From Candidatus Woesearchaeota archaeon (GTDB lineage: Archaea > Nanobdellota > Nanobdellia > Pacearchaeales > GW2011-AR1), in the NCBI GenBank assembly GCA_964344105.1, contig CAYFMD010000003.1, positions 8,066 to 72,065 on the forward strand: a DNA stretch of 64,000 nt, given 5' to 3'. Below are positions 28,158 through 37,625 of this stretch, in pieces; the first letter of the stretch is position 1, and each line of letters opens with the position of its first letter. Below the pieces are notes generated by a model that saw only the letters and a list, made by a program, of their open reading frames with translations, made no database searches and was not told the DNA's origin. A program made the translations under genes and the position numbers.

Positions 28158-29381
28158 TTAAGAAAACATTTCAAGTCTTTCTGTATTGATTATTAGTCTT
28201 GCATAATCTCCTGCTGAGGCTCCTGGATTTGATGTTCTGTCTGTATGGAAGAATGTTCCATCCTCACTTCTTATGAATCCTTTTGAGTTTGGATCGCTAG
28301 CTACTATGAAGCTATCTTGAGGTGCTAGTTTGTTTGATAGTTTGTTAACATCTATATCTAAGTTTTCTAGTAATGGTGCTGCATCTATTCTTTGATTGTG
28401 GACTCTTGTTTTTATTCCAACTTCTAGTACTAGTTCTTGACCTCCAGCATTATAGTTATCTAGATCAATGTGAGGTATGGTTCTTATGTTGTTTCCACTT
28501 TTGTCAATATCATTTCCATTAAGGTGCATGTGTTGCCCTGTTCCTTGTTGTGCTGAAACGAATGTTCTTGATAGGTGGTTTATTATTATATCTGCTAGTG
28601 GGAATGATAGTCCTGTAAGTACTCCATTACTTGTTAATGGATTAACTACAATGTTTGTTGCAATGTCTTTTGGCGTTTGGATTGATATAATTGGTTCATT
28701 GTTTTGATAGTATGTTGTGGCTGCATTTAATTGAGTGGTGTCTGCTAGTCCATCATTGAAATCTATTGATGCAAATCCTTCTTGGCTGTTTGTTGATTCA
28801 ACTCTTTCTTGATTTGTTCCTTCTAAATTTACTGTTTGTCCTCTAAGTCTTCCTATATTTCCATTTGCTAAGACTTCTAGTTCTCTTGCGCCAGTTCCTG
28901 TATCCACTGGCTGGCTTCCATCTGCGAAAGGACTTGAGCTAACCGCTGGAGCCCCGTCTCCTGTTTGATCCTCTGGAGCTAAGACTGCGAAGTTTTGTAA
29001 AAATCCAGAGATTGCTGGGAATACACTTAGAAGATAGCTTCCTGGATCTCCTCCACCTCCTCCTTGAGGGAATGCTCCTGGTGGGGCTGTTAGGCCTCCT
29101 GCTGGACCTCCACCATATGTCGTTCCTTGAGGAGATAAACTCACTTGAGGGAATGCTCCTGCTTGGTGGCTTGCAGAGAGTCTTGTTTGTCCTGATGGAT
29201 CAACCAAGTCTCCATTTGGACTTAGTGTATAGTCGGGGGTGGCTCCTTGGAGGCTATCTAGGTTCCAAAAGGTTGGTTCGCAATAAGTACACCCTGCTTG
29301 GAAGGCAATTACAAAATTTATTGAGATTAAAATTATTGAGATTAATAATCCTTTCTTCATCATTATTTTATTATTTTTCAT
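28158..29381 (-). CDS. secreted G/P-rich protein (407 aa)
   Basis: It has an N-terminal signal peptide MKNNKIMMKKGLLISIILISINFVIAF, followed by a G/P/Q-rich low-complexity region. Confidence 0.45.
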   Translation of the reverse strand: MKNNKIMMKKGLLISIILISINFVIAFQAGCTYCEPTFWNLDSLQGATPDYTLSPNGDLVDPSGQTRLSASHQAGAFPQVSLSPQGTTYGGGPAGGLTAPPGAFPQGGGGGDPGSYLLSVFPAISGFLQNFAVLAPEDQTGDGAPAVSSSPFADGSQPVDTGTGARELEVLANGNIGRLRGQTVNLEGTNQERVESTNSQEGFASIDFNDGLADTTQLNAATTYYQNNEPIISIQTPKDIATNIVVNPLTSNGVLTGLSFPLADIIINHLSRTFVSAQQGTGQHMHLNGNDIDKSGNNIRTIPHIDLDNYNAGGQELVLEVGIKTRVHNQRIDAAPLLENLDIDVNKLSNKLAPQDSFIVASDPNSKGFIRSEDGTFFHTDRTSNPGASAGDYARLIINTERLEMFS

Positions 29382-29400
29382 TTTATATCTATTATCATGT

Positions 29401-30156
29401 TTAATATCTATTTAGGAATTCGAAGACATATGGTTGTTCCATTGTTCGATTTTCTAAGATCATGACTAATGTGGTATCTTCTTCGAAGGCTATGAAATCT
29501 ACGTATAGTTGTCTATCTCTGGCTAGTTCAGTTATACAGTTTATGCAAATTAGGTTTGGATTTTCCTTATGAGAATCTGTTATGAAAGTTGCTACTTCTA
29601 TGATCTCTTCTAATGAGGAGTTAAGGGTTACAGGATGTTGATTTAGGTTGAAGTTTACTGTGTTTCCATTGCTTTCTATTATTACAGGTAATTCTGTTTC
29701 AAAAGTTAGTGATGTTGATTTTATTTTTGCCTTAGTTTGTGATGGCTCGTATTTTAGTTCTAGATTTTGAAAGTCTATTTGTGATATGCATTTTTCTAGG
29801 TTGGTATCTACATAACTGGCTAGCTCATTTTCTATTGTTTCTTTGAATGGTTGAGTGATAATTCCTTGATCGTAGTAGTATGGAACGAAGGCCCATTGCA
29901 TGTCTAAATGGTTTGTTGGTCTGTTAAAATATCCTCCTTGAATTCCGATTCTAATTAATGCATCTTTTGAGTTTTCTTCTAGACAATCTCTTATGAAATT
30001 TTGTACATTGTTAACTGATGGTTGAAGTCCTTGCTGATCAAAGTATTCTTTGCCTCTGTCTTCTGTTGTATTTCTTACAAAGAAAAATAGAACTATCCCT
30101 ATTACTATCACAATAGCTAATATGATTAGAACTGTTGTCTGTCCTCTTTTTTGCAT
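29401..30156 (-). CDS. pilin-like protein with class III signal peptide (paralog family member)
   Basis: It begins MQKRGQTTVLIILAIVIVIGIVLFFF and carries GIQGGY, PYYYDQ and C..C/CxxC motifs shared with 37622-38383. Confidence 0.55.
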   Translation of the reverse strand: MQKRGQTTVLIILAIVIVIGIVLFFFVRNTTEDRGKEYFDQQGLQPSVNNVQNFIRDCLEENSKDALIRIGIQGGYFNRPTNHLDMQWAFVPYYYDQGIITQPFKETIENELASYVDTNLEKCISQIDFQNLELKYEPSQTKAKIKSTSLTFETELPVIIESNGNTVNFNLNQHPVTLNSSLEEIIEVATFITDSHKENPNLICINCITELARDRQLYVDFIAFEEDTTLVMILENRTMEQPYVFEFLNRY

Positions 30157-30190
30157 GGTTAGATAAATAGATTGAGGTATTTAAGAGTTA

Positions 30191-31267
30191 TTAGTAGGTG
30201 TTTTCTTTTAGTCTCTGTTCGAATTTTGGAGAATAAATAAACTCTCCAACCCTTTTATCAATTTCTGGTTTCCATCTTTGCATTAGTGCAGGTCCGTTAT
30301 CACCAAATGCAGTTTCTAAGTCCTCTTGGCCCTCTGAAGTGTACCTTCTCCAATTTGAGTGATCAAATGATGTCCAGTGTTTTAATGTGTAATCAGTTAC
30401 TGTTCTTTGTGCTTGTTGTAAACTTATTCTGGAACCTTTTCCATCCAAAAGGAATCTTCCTGCTTTCCTAGCGTCATGGAAGTAAAATGCTTCATCTTCA
30501 TTGTTTGGTGCCCATAGCATTCTATATGATTCAATTTCTAGGGTGGTTTCTGCGAATTTTATTGGTATTGGCGTTTTTCCTTCTCGGGGAATCTCTATGT
30601 AGAAAGGGATGGTTTGGATTGGGTATCCTGATGAGGAATATATGTCAAATTCTGCATTTTCTCTGAATCTTTCATAGAAGAACATCATTAATTGATCCAT
30701 TGACATGGGATTAACAACATTCATTGGATGAGTTGGTAGGCCTTTATTATATTCTTGCCTTAATTCTTCAAGTAAATCTACTTCTGTAAATCCGGAAACA
30801 ATAACTTCATTTTCAAGAACGCTTGCTGACTGAGGAGTTCTTATTCCATTTCTTAGAACTATGTCTACCTTTCCAGTTTCTTCGTTAGGTACTAGTGCAT
30901 AATAAGGAATTTGGACATCTCTACCTGAAGTGAATAAATTATAACCTGCTTTTGCATCATCGCTTAGATTTTCTACAGCTTTTTTTGCTCCTACCGATCT
31001 TATATCAATTATCTTTTCTCTTACATCATCTGTGTAACTAAAATCTTCTGGTGTTATCCAGTATCTGAATGGGTCTACTGCTGGGGCTGTGGCTTTTGGT
31101 GTTGCCACAGTTGGTTTTTCATCTGGTTTTTCGGTTGGCGCTGGTTCGGAGTATTCAATTGGTGGAGCGACCGGAACTGGCGGGACTTTTGGTTTATCTT
31201 GTTCACATCCAATTGTGAAAGGTAGTAGAATTAGGGATGTTGCTAATATTCTTTGTACTAAATTCAT
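30191..31267 (-). CDS. secreted lipoprotein-like protein (358 aa)
   Basis: A signal peptide precedes a lipobox-like LPFTIGC, followed by a Pro-rich linker. Confidence 0.4.
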   Translation of the reverse strand: MNLVQRILATSLILLPFTIGCEQDKPKVPPVPVAPPIEYSEPAPTEKPDEKPTVATPKATAPAVDPFRYWITPEDFSYTDDVREKIIDIRSVGAKKAVENLSDDAKAGYNLFTSGRDVQIPYYALVPNEETGKVDIVLRNGIRTPQSASVLENEVIVSGFTEVDLLEELRQEYNKGLPTHPMNVVNPMSMDQLMMFFYERFRENAEFDIYSSSGYPIQTIPFYIEIPREGKTPIPIKFAETTLEIESYRMLWAPNNEDEAFYFHDARKAGRFLLDGKGSRISLQQAQRTVTDYTLKHWTSFDHSNWRRYTSEGQEDLETAFGDNGPALMQRWKPEIDKRVGEFIYSPKFEQRLKENTY

Positions 31268-31299
31268 AGAAATTAGAAAGATGGGAGATATTTAAGGTT

Positions 31300-33027
31300 T
31301 TATTTAGACTTTGCAACTATTTCTACTAGTTCAGATAGGCCTCTTGGGAACTCATCTAGATTTCCGTAAGCGCTTTGTTGATATTTATGTAGATAGCTTC
31401 CAGGTATTGTTATTGGTGAAACTCTTAATTCAGTGCTTGTTCCAGTTTCTCCCTTGTCCTTATAAGTTATCCTTCCAAATGATTTTTGACCTCCATCGTC
31501 AAAAGTCACAGTTGTTTGTACAGAGCCAACTATCATTGGACCTCTACTGAATATTTCTCTTTTTATAGTATCCACTTTATCTAATTCAGCCCCTCTTACT
31601 CCTCCTGATTCTAATCCTGTCCTTAATTCTGCAAATGTATCTGATGCTTCATCTTCAGTTATTGCTCTTTGGTAGGTGGTTTCTTCTAATAATTGTGAAA
31701 AGTGGTTGAATCCGTTTCTTCTAATTTGGTCTTCAGTCCATCCATTTGATCTAGCTATTTCTACAAAAGCATCTACTTCGCTTTGTAATGCATAAACTCT
31801 GGTGTCAGAAATGTGTACACCTAACCCTTCTCCTATCGGATTTGCATTACTTATTCCAAATCCAAATCTTGAACAGAAGGATCCTATACATACCCTATTA
31901 CTTTTATCAAATTCTACAAAGGTGGGTCCATTAGGAGTTGAAACTAATTTTCCGTTTGAAAATTTTGGAGGATTCAATTCATTAAATACAATTGTATTCC
32001 CTTTTGGGATTCTTGGATAATTAACACTTCCATCAAAGATGGTTATTTTATCATTACCATTTTTGATTCTAATGTTTTTACCATCTGCTATTGTAGTTAT
32101 TTTTTTTATTTTTGGTCCTTGGTCTAGTAAATCTATTTCAATATCATTTCCTTTTATTCTTAGGTTCTTGGTGTCTTCTTCTACACCCACTAATTGTATG
32201 TATTGTTCTGTTGTTGGTTTTTTTCTATTGAATAAAATTTCTGTCTCTTGATCTGAATTTATTCTTATCTCTGCAGCATTTGTTGTTAGTCTGATGCCTT
32301 TTCCTTTAAATTGTCCCCCCACAGGATCAATTGAGAAAGAAGATTCAGTGTCTGTGCTTGTGTCGAGTCTTTCAAATGATCTATCTCCTACACTAACTTG
32401 CGATCCTCCAATTAGTGAAAATTTTCCATCTTTGCTAATTGAGATAGATCCTTTGTTTGGCTTAAGTTGTATTGCCCCATTATCTTCTGTACTTGAAGGT
32501 ATTTGGCCTGATGTGTATCTTAAATCTTCGTCAACTTGACCTGTTGCATAATCTATAGTTGAGCTATCTTCTAATTCTAATTTTATTCCTTCTCCTTCAG
32601 TATAAGTCACTTCAGTTGTAGATTTTGGCAGATCATCTAGTTTGATCGTTATTGATCCATCACTTAGTGTATTTCTATCTATAAATTCTAATTTTGAACT
32701 CTCAAAACCAGAGAATCTCATTTCATTTACTTGTGAGTTTATTGATGCAACCTTTCCAAAATCAAAAAGGCTTAATCCCTCAGCCTTTCTTTTTTTAAGG
32801 GCATGTTTTGCTATTCCTGAGAATACTTGTCCTCTGTTTATTGATGGGTCTTCTAGAATTCTTTTTTGTTCACTTAAGGGTAATGTAGATACAGTTTCCC
32901 AGTCTCCAGAATCAATTGATTGTTGTATAAGCTCCTGAAGCTCTGTATCTGACATTTGTGTGAGGGATAGTGGTAGAACTAATATTATTCCTAGAATAAT
33001 TAGTAAATAGATATTTGTAAGTTTCAT
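31300..33027 (-). CDS. secreted protein (575 aa)
   Basis: It has an N-terminal signal/anchor MKLTNIYLLIILGIILVLPLSL. Confidence 0.45.
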   Translation of the reverse strand: MKLTNIYLLIILGIILVLPLSLTQMSDTELQELIQQSIDSGDWETVSTLPLSEQKRILEDPSINRGQVFSGIAKHALKKRKAEGLSLFDFGKVASINSQVNEMRFSGFESSKLEFIDRNTLSDGSITIKLDDLPKSTTEVTYTEGEGIKLELEDSSTIDYATGQVDEDLRYTSGQIPSSTEDNGAIQLKPNKGSISISKDGKFSLIGGSQVSVGDRSFERLDTSTDTESSFSIDPVGGQFKGKGIRLTTNAAEIRINSDQETEILFNRKKPTTEQYIQLVGVEEDTKNLRIKGNDIEIDLLDQGPKIKKITTIADGKNIRIKNGNDKITIFDGSVNYPRIPKGNTIVFNELNPPKFSNGKLVSTPNGPTFVEFDKSNRVCIGSFCSRFGFGISNANPIGEGLGVHISDTRVYALQSEVDAFVEIARSNGWTEDQIRRNGFNHFSQLLEETTYQRAITEDEASDTFAELRTGLESGGVRGAELDKVDTIKREIFSRGPMIVGSVQTTVTFDDGGQKSFGRITYKDKGETGTSTELRVSPITIPGSYLHKYQQSAYGNLDEFPRGLSELVEIVAKSK

Positions 33028-33132
33028 TCTCTTTTTATTTAAGAGTTAATTATGTGTTATAAAGATATCTTTGTTATTTATAACTATTATTAAGTAACAA
33101 CAAAAGGAAAGGTTTAAATAGTAGTTTTACAC

Positions 33133-33846
33133 ATGAATAATATGAGAAAAGCGATGAATGGATTAATGACAGGTGGTTTGGCATTGGTATTAGGCTATGC
33201 CGGATCTGGACTTGATACTCCTAGCTATGCACAGGATGCTCCTGAAGATGATAGAATAGCTCAGTCTGAAGGTAGATTGGAAAGTAGATTAGTTGATGTA
33301 GATAGTAAGTTAAGATATGATGTTTTTGATAGAATTTATGATGGGGAGACTATTGCTAAATATGCGAAGGTTAGTGATGAAGCTTTAGCTAGAGAATATG
33401 GTGATGGATATGTTGCTGAGGTTGGGAGGGTTAAGAAAGCTAGAGGATTTGCTATTGGTTATGGTGAAGCTTTAGAAGATGCTTTTGATAATCCTGAAGC
33501 AGTTATTTCTGCAATGGATGATTCGGATAGGGAACTATATGGGGAATTTGATGCTACTGAGACTTTGAAGAAACAAGGTAAAGATTCTAATTTTAGAGAA
33601 ATGTTGGGAGTTGCTGATAGTTATGAGTTCTCTGCTGATAGGGAATCTGATAAGTTAGCTGCATTTGTTGCAAAGTATGTTGCTGATGATATGGATGCTT
33701 ATGTTACAACTTCTTTAGGTGTTGCTAAGGTAGTCTTGGCTGCTGGCGATCCTTCATTATTGAAAGATGTTAGAGCTTCTAAGGTAGATCCAGAATCTGA
33801 AAGGTTTAGTAGAGCTACTAAGACACTTAGAAGAATTTTTAAGTAA
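33133..33846 (+). CDS. secreted protein (237 aa)
   Basis: It has a signal peptide ...GLALVLGYAGSG. It is convergent with the 928-aa gene. Confidence 0.4.
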   Translation: MNNMRKAMNGLMTGGLALVLGYAGSGLDTPSYAQDAPEDDRIAQSEGRLESRLVDVDSKLRYDVFDRIYDGETIAKYAKVSDEALAREYGDGYVAEVGRVKKARGFAIGYGEALEDAFDNPEAVISAMDDSDRELYGEFDATETLKKQGKDSNFREMLGVADSYEFSADRESDKLAAFVAKYVADDMDAYVTTSLGVAKVVLAAGDPSLLKDVRASKVDPESERFSRATKTLRRIFK

Positions 33847-36633
33847 TTATCTTACTAGTCCTTTTTTTCTGTCTCTTTTGTATCTCATCTGGCCTGTTCT
33901 ACCGAAGTATCTTGGTGAGTTCTTTTGGTATCTATATTGGGTTGTTTGAGTGGGAGTGTCTCTTCTTGTTGTGGGTGTTTGAGTAATTTGAGTGTTTTGA
34001 GGGGTTGAGGGATTTACGATTCTTTGTATGTATCTTGGATCATTTACAGTTCCTTGTATTGTTGGATCTATCCCACTAGTTGTGGCTACAACATTCCAAG
34101 TTCCTGGATGGAATACTCTTGATCCTGAAGTGTCATAAACTCTATTTGTAGAAGGACCTCCTAGGCTATCTAATATACTAGGCATTGCAGTGTGTACTAT
34201 TGGTGCTAGGTCTGGATTGATGATATGTGTCTGTCCGTTAACTGTTAGTTGGTATAGTCCAGATCCTCCCTCGTAACTTATGGTTCTTAGATCTCCTCCG
34301 TAAGAAGTTATTGAATTTCTTAGGAATTGAACAGCTCGATCTGCTTCTCTTACTGCACTGTCTCTAACTTCTAAGATTGATTGGCCCCTATTCAGTAATC
34401 CTGAAACGCTTCTTGTTAATTCAGAAGTTCCTGGAGATGCTATAGCTCCTGCACCTATGTCTACCATGTTTCCAATTATTTCTTCAGTTGCTTTTCCAGG
34501 GGTTCCTGATATGTCTATCGGTTTTCCTATTGTAGATTGTAACCTTTCCGATAAACTATCTAGTGCAGGAAGGCCCTCATAATAAATTTTACTTGCCTTC
34601 TTTCCTGCTGCTTCTTGCCCTACCCTTCCTGAAGATGAATAGGTAGTTAGATCAATGTCAATTGCATAATCTGAATCTGCAAGTCTTGCGTAGAATTTGG
34701 CTTTGTCATCTGGATCTCCTGAGTTATATAGTTTTAATAATTCACCATGCTCTACTCTTTCAACTTGGGTATTTACAGTCCCAACACTGTATTGGGTTCC
34801 TCCTTCAAATAGGTTTGCGAAAAATCCATCTTCTCTAGAAACTTGCCCAAATAATCCTGTTCCTCCAAATGTTACGGTATCAGATCCAGTCCTAGTTATT
34901 CTGGGAGCTCCGTAATTGTTTGAGGATATGCTGAACTGGTTTCCCCCATTGTCTGAGGTTATTGATCCTATGCTGTAAAAATTTCCAAAGTTAGTTGTTG
35001 ATGCAGTTTTTTTGTCTATAGAAACTCCTGCTGGAGATCCTCTGATTATTATTTCATCTCCATTGTATACTTTCCCTCCATTTATTCTTAGTTCTCCAAT
35101 ATTTCCATTTAGTTCTGCTTGCATGAAGCCTTGTTGGTATCTTCCTTTTTGTAATGTTGAAGAACTTATTCTATCTGTTAATGAATTTACTTGTCCTGCT
35201 AGTTGTGTACTTAACTCAGAAGTTATTTTTCCTTGTTCTGTTATTTGTGATATTGTTCCTCCTATTTGTTCTATCTCTTGAGATGATATTGCTGATGATA
35301 ATGCAGAATAAAGCTCGCTTTCAGGTGCTATTTGTAATTGTTCCTGTAATAAGCTTTCAATTAAGGGAGATGCAGTGCTCGCTAGTTGAAATCCTTCTAA
35401 GACTGAGAGTTCTGATTTATCTTTTTCAAGTAATGGTATTACTTGCTTGTAGCGGTCTACTTTTTGTTTTAATCCCTCTACACTATCTATTGCAGTTTTA
35501 GCAGCATCTGTTTCTAAGTCTCCTTGCAAGATATCAACAATTCCTCTAGCATTATCAAAAGTTCCTCTTTCAACACTTGATTCGAAAGTTTGTAAGATAT
35601 CATCATAAAGACTTCTTCCTTTTTGGTTCATAAATAGGAATCCTTTCTTTCCATCTTTTCCTATAAAATCAGGGTCGTATACTAGAATGTTTTCATCTCC
35701 CAAATCTCCTATTGCTTTTTCAAAAGTATCTCTTGATGAGAAGAATTTTGTATCTTCTCCAGTGAAGAATTGATGTTTATCTCTTTCTAGGTAAGCATGT
35801 GATAATGTGTCTATTTTTCCATCTTCATTGAAAGTTACTGTTGCAGGTTTGCTTTCTCCTTCTCTTTGATATGTACTTAACTTTGTTCCATCAGGTGATG
35901 CAAATCTTGACGCTGTTTCTGGATCTTCAGTAGCTAGTGATATTTTTGTTTTTTCAGAAGTTGAATCTATTGTTATATCTCCTCTTCCGTTCCATTTTCC
36001 AGACATTGGATCATCATAATCTGGTACCCTTTCTTCATTTAGCCTTACAAATTGATTTGTATCTGGGTCGAAGAAATACCCTCTTTGATTATCGGCTACA
36101 TTTAAGGTTACTGAACCATCTTTTTTCTTCATAATTAGTGAATGGCCATTCTCTGTTTTTTCATAAGTGACTTCAGTTATTGGGTTATCTGGGTTTTGTT
36201 GATTGTACAATTCTATATCGCTTCCTCTGAAATATGTTTTTGAATTCCCGAAAACACTTCCACTTCCAGGTCTTGTATTCTCATCGAATCCGGTCATTTT
36301 TACATTTCCATATTCTTCTCCATATTTTTTCATGAATTCAGATCTTTTTTCTGGATCTAAGTGTTCCCAAACTGATTGTTTTTTTGATTGGGTTGATTCA
36401 GCCTCCCAGTTTCTCCAGAAGTCTCCATTAATTTCATCTATTAGTGATTGTTGTTGTTCAGGCGTTAGTCTTTCAATATTGTCTGTTAGGATTGAAAGAT
36501 CATGGGTGTCTCTAAATCTATCAAGCTCTGTTTGAAATTGTTCATCTGTTAGTGGGTTTTCTTGTGATAAAACTAGGCTTATGGATAGAATGAATAGTAT
36601 GCTGATTACAGGTAGTATTTTTTTATAGTTCAT
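33847..36633 (-). CDS. large secreted protein (928 aa) with basic C-terminal tail
   Basis: It has a signal peptide MNYKKILPVISILFILSISLVLSQ. It overlaps the upstream pilin-like gene by 11 nt. It ends RYKRDRKKGLVR. Confidence 0.5.
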   Translation of the reverse strand: MNYKKILPVISILFILSISLVLSQENPLTDEQFQTELDRFRDTHDLSILTDNIERLTPEQQQSLIDEINGDFWRNWEAESTQSKKQSVWEHLDPEKRSEFMKKYGEEYGNVKMTGFDENTRPGSGSVFGNSKTYFRGSDIELYNQQNPDNPITEVTYEKTENGHSLIMKKKDGSVTLNVADNQRGYFFDPDTNQFVRLNEERVPDYDDPMSGKWNGRGDITIDSTSEKTKISLATEDPETASRFASPDGTKLSTYQREGESKPATVTFNEDGKIDTLSHAYLERDKHQFFTGEDTKFFSSRDTFEKAIGDLGDENILVYDPDFIGKDGKKGFLFMNQKGRSLYDDILQTFESSVERGTFDNARGIVDILQGDLETDAAKTAIDSVEGLKQKVDRYKQVIPLLEKDKSELSVLEGFQLASTASPLIESLLQEQLQIAPESELYSALSSAISSQEIEQIGGTISQITEQGKITSELSTQLAGQVNSLTDRISSSTLQKGRYQQGFMQAELNGNIGELRINGGKVYNGDEIIIRGSPAGVSIDKKTASTTNFGNFYSIGSITSDNGGNQFSISSNNYGAPRITRTGSDTVTFGGTGLFGQVSREDGFFANLFEGGTQYSVGTVNTQVERVEHGELLKLYNSGDPDDKAKFYARLADSDYAIDIDLTTYSSSGRVGQEAAGKKASKIYYEGLPALDSLSERLQSTIGKPIDISGTPGKATEEIIGNMVDIGAGAIASPGTSELTRSVSGLLNRGQSILEVRDSAVREADRAVQFLRNSITSYGGDLRTISYEGGSGLYQLTVNGQTHIINPDLAPIVHTAMPSILDSLGGPSTNRVYDTSGSRVFHPGTWNVVATTSGIDPTIQGTVNDPRYIQRIVNPSTPQNTQITQTPTTRRDTPTQTTQYRYQKNSPRYFGRTGQMRYKRDRKKGLVR

Positions 36634-37453
36634 TTGGTGGAAGTGTTATATCTTTAATTGAAGATTCAGATTCCGGAGATGGGATGAATATTACTTCATT
36701 TGTTCTATCTAAGCTAGCCTCTCTTACTTCTAAGAAGTTGAATGATCTAGGATAGGTGTCTGTTTTTTTAGATGATATTATTATGCTGATTATTTCTTCG
36801 TCGAAATTACTTATTTCAAAGTTTACATCATAAAGATCGGTTATATCTGATAAACAGTCAAGACAAACGGCATTTTGATTACTTATTAAGTATAGTTCTG
36901 ATGCTGAAATTAGATCATTTAGTTGAGAATCAATTTTATCATCACTTAGTTTTATGGTTGTTGAATCTTCTGCTTTTGAAATTGATAATGTTGTTGCTTG
37001 TTCTATGTATACAGAGTCTTGTTCAATATAAGGTAGTGAGTATATTTCTATCGCCTCTATGGTGTAATCGGGGAATCTTCCTCTAGTTTCACTTATGCAT
37101 ATTTGTGTATTTTCATCAATTATTAGCCCAAGATCAAGTTCAGTCACTTCTCTATTTGGAATCACTACATTATCATTGTACCTATATATTGGCATAAACA
37201 AGCCTACGTCACTTAGGTATGGCACGTGAGGTTCTTTTGAATATCCTCCTTGAGCTGAAACAAATTCTATTGAGTCTATGTATACTTGATTCATGCATTC
37301 TTCTGTGAATTGTTTAATGTTTTCAGACTCTTTATCAAATTCAGTTGAACCTAAATTACCATTATTTCCTAGTGTGAAAAATAGAATTATTGCTACTAGT
37401 GCTATGACTATTGCTAGGATTATAAGAATGGTAACTTGCCCCTTTTTCTTCAT
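36623..37453 (-). CDS. pilin-like protein with class III signal peptide (paralog family member)
   Basis: It begins MKKKGQVTILIILAIVIALVAIILFF and contains AQGGY and CLDCL motifs. Confidence 0.5.
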   Translation of the reverse strand: MKKKGQVTILIILAIVIALVAIILFFTLGNNGNLGSTEFDKESENIKQFTEECMNQVYIDSIEFVSAQGGYSKEPHVPYLSDVGLFMPIYRYNDNVVIPNREVTELDLGLIIDENTQICISETRGRFPDYTIEAIEIYSLPYIEQDSVYIEQATTLSISKAEDSTTIKLSDDKIDSQLNDLISASELYLISNQNAVCLDCLSDITDLYDVNFEISNFDEEIISIIISSKKTDTYPRSFNFLEVREASLDRTNEVIFIPSPESESSIKDITLPPNEL

Positions 37454-37496
37454 GTTTATTATTAGTTTAGAACGTATTTAAGGGTTTAGTGATCTT

Positions 37497-37625
37497 AATT
37501 TTTCACTAACATCCTTTTAACCCTTCTCACAATCTCACTTACAAGCCTTAACCCTCCCACCCACCCTAAGTAGTGAAAGTGAGAATGTTCGACCACCCTC
37601 TATTAAGAGGATGGTGAAAAATTAG
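37497..37625 (-). repeat. conserved ~125-bp intergenic element, copy A (leader/promoter of pilin-like gene 36623-37453)
   Basis: It is about 88% identical to 52938-53066. Both copies share ctaagtagtgaaagtgaga and a C-tract ccctcccacccaccc, which on the minus-strand sense reads GGGTGGGTGGGAGGG. Confidence 0.6.
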
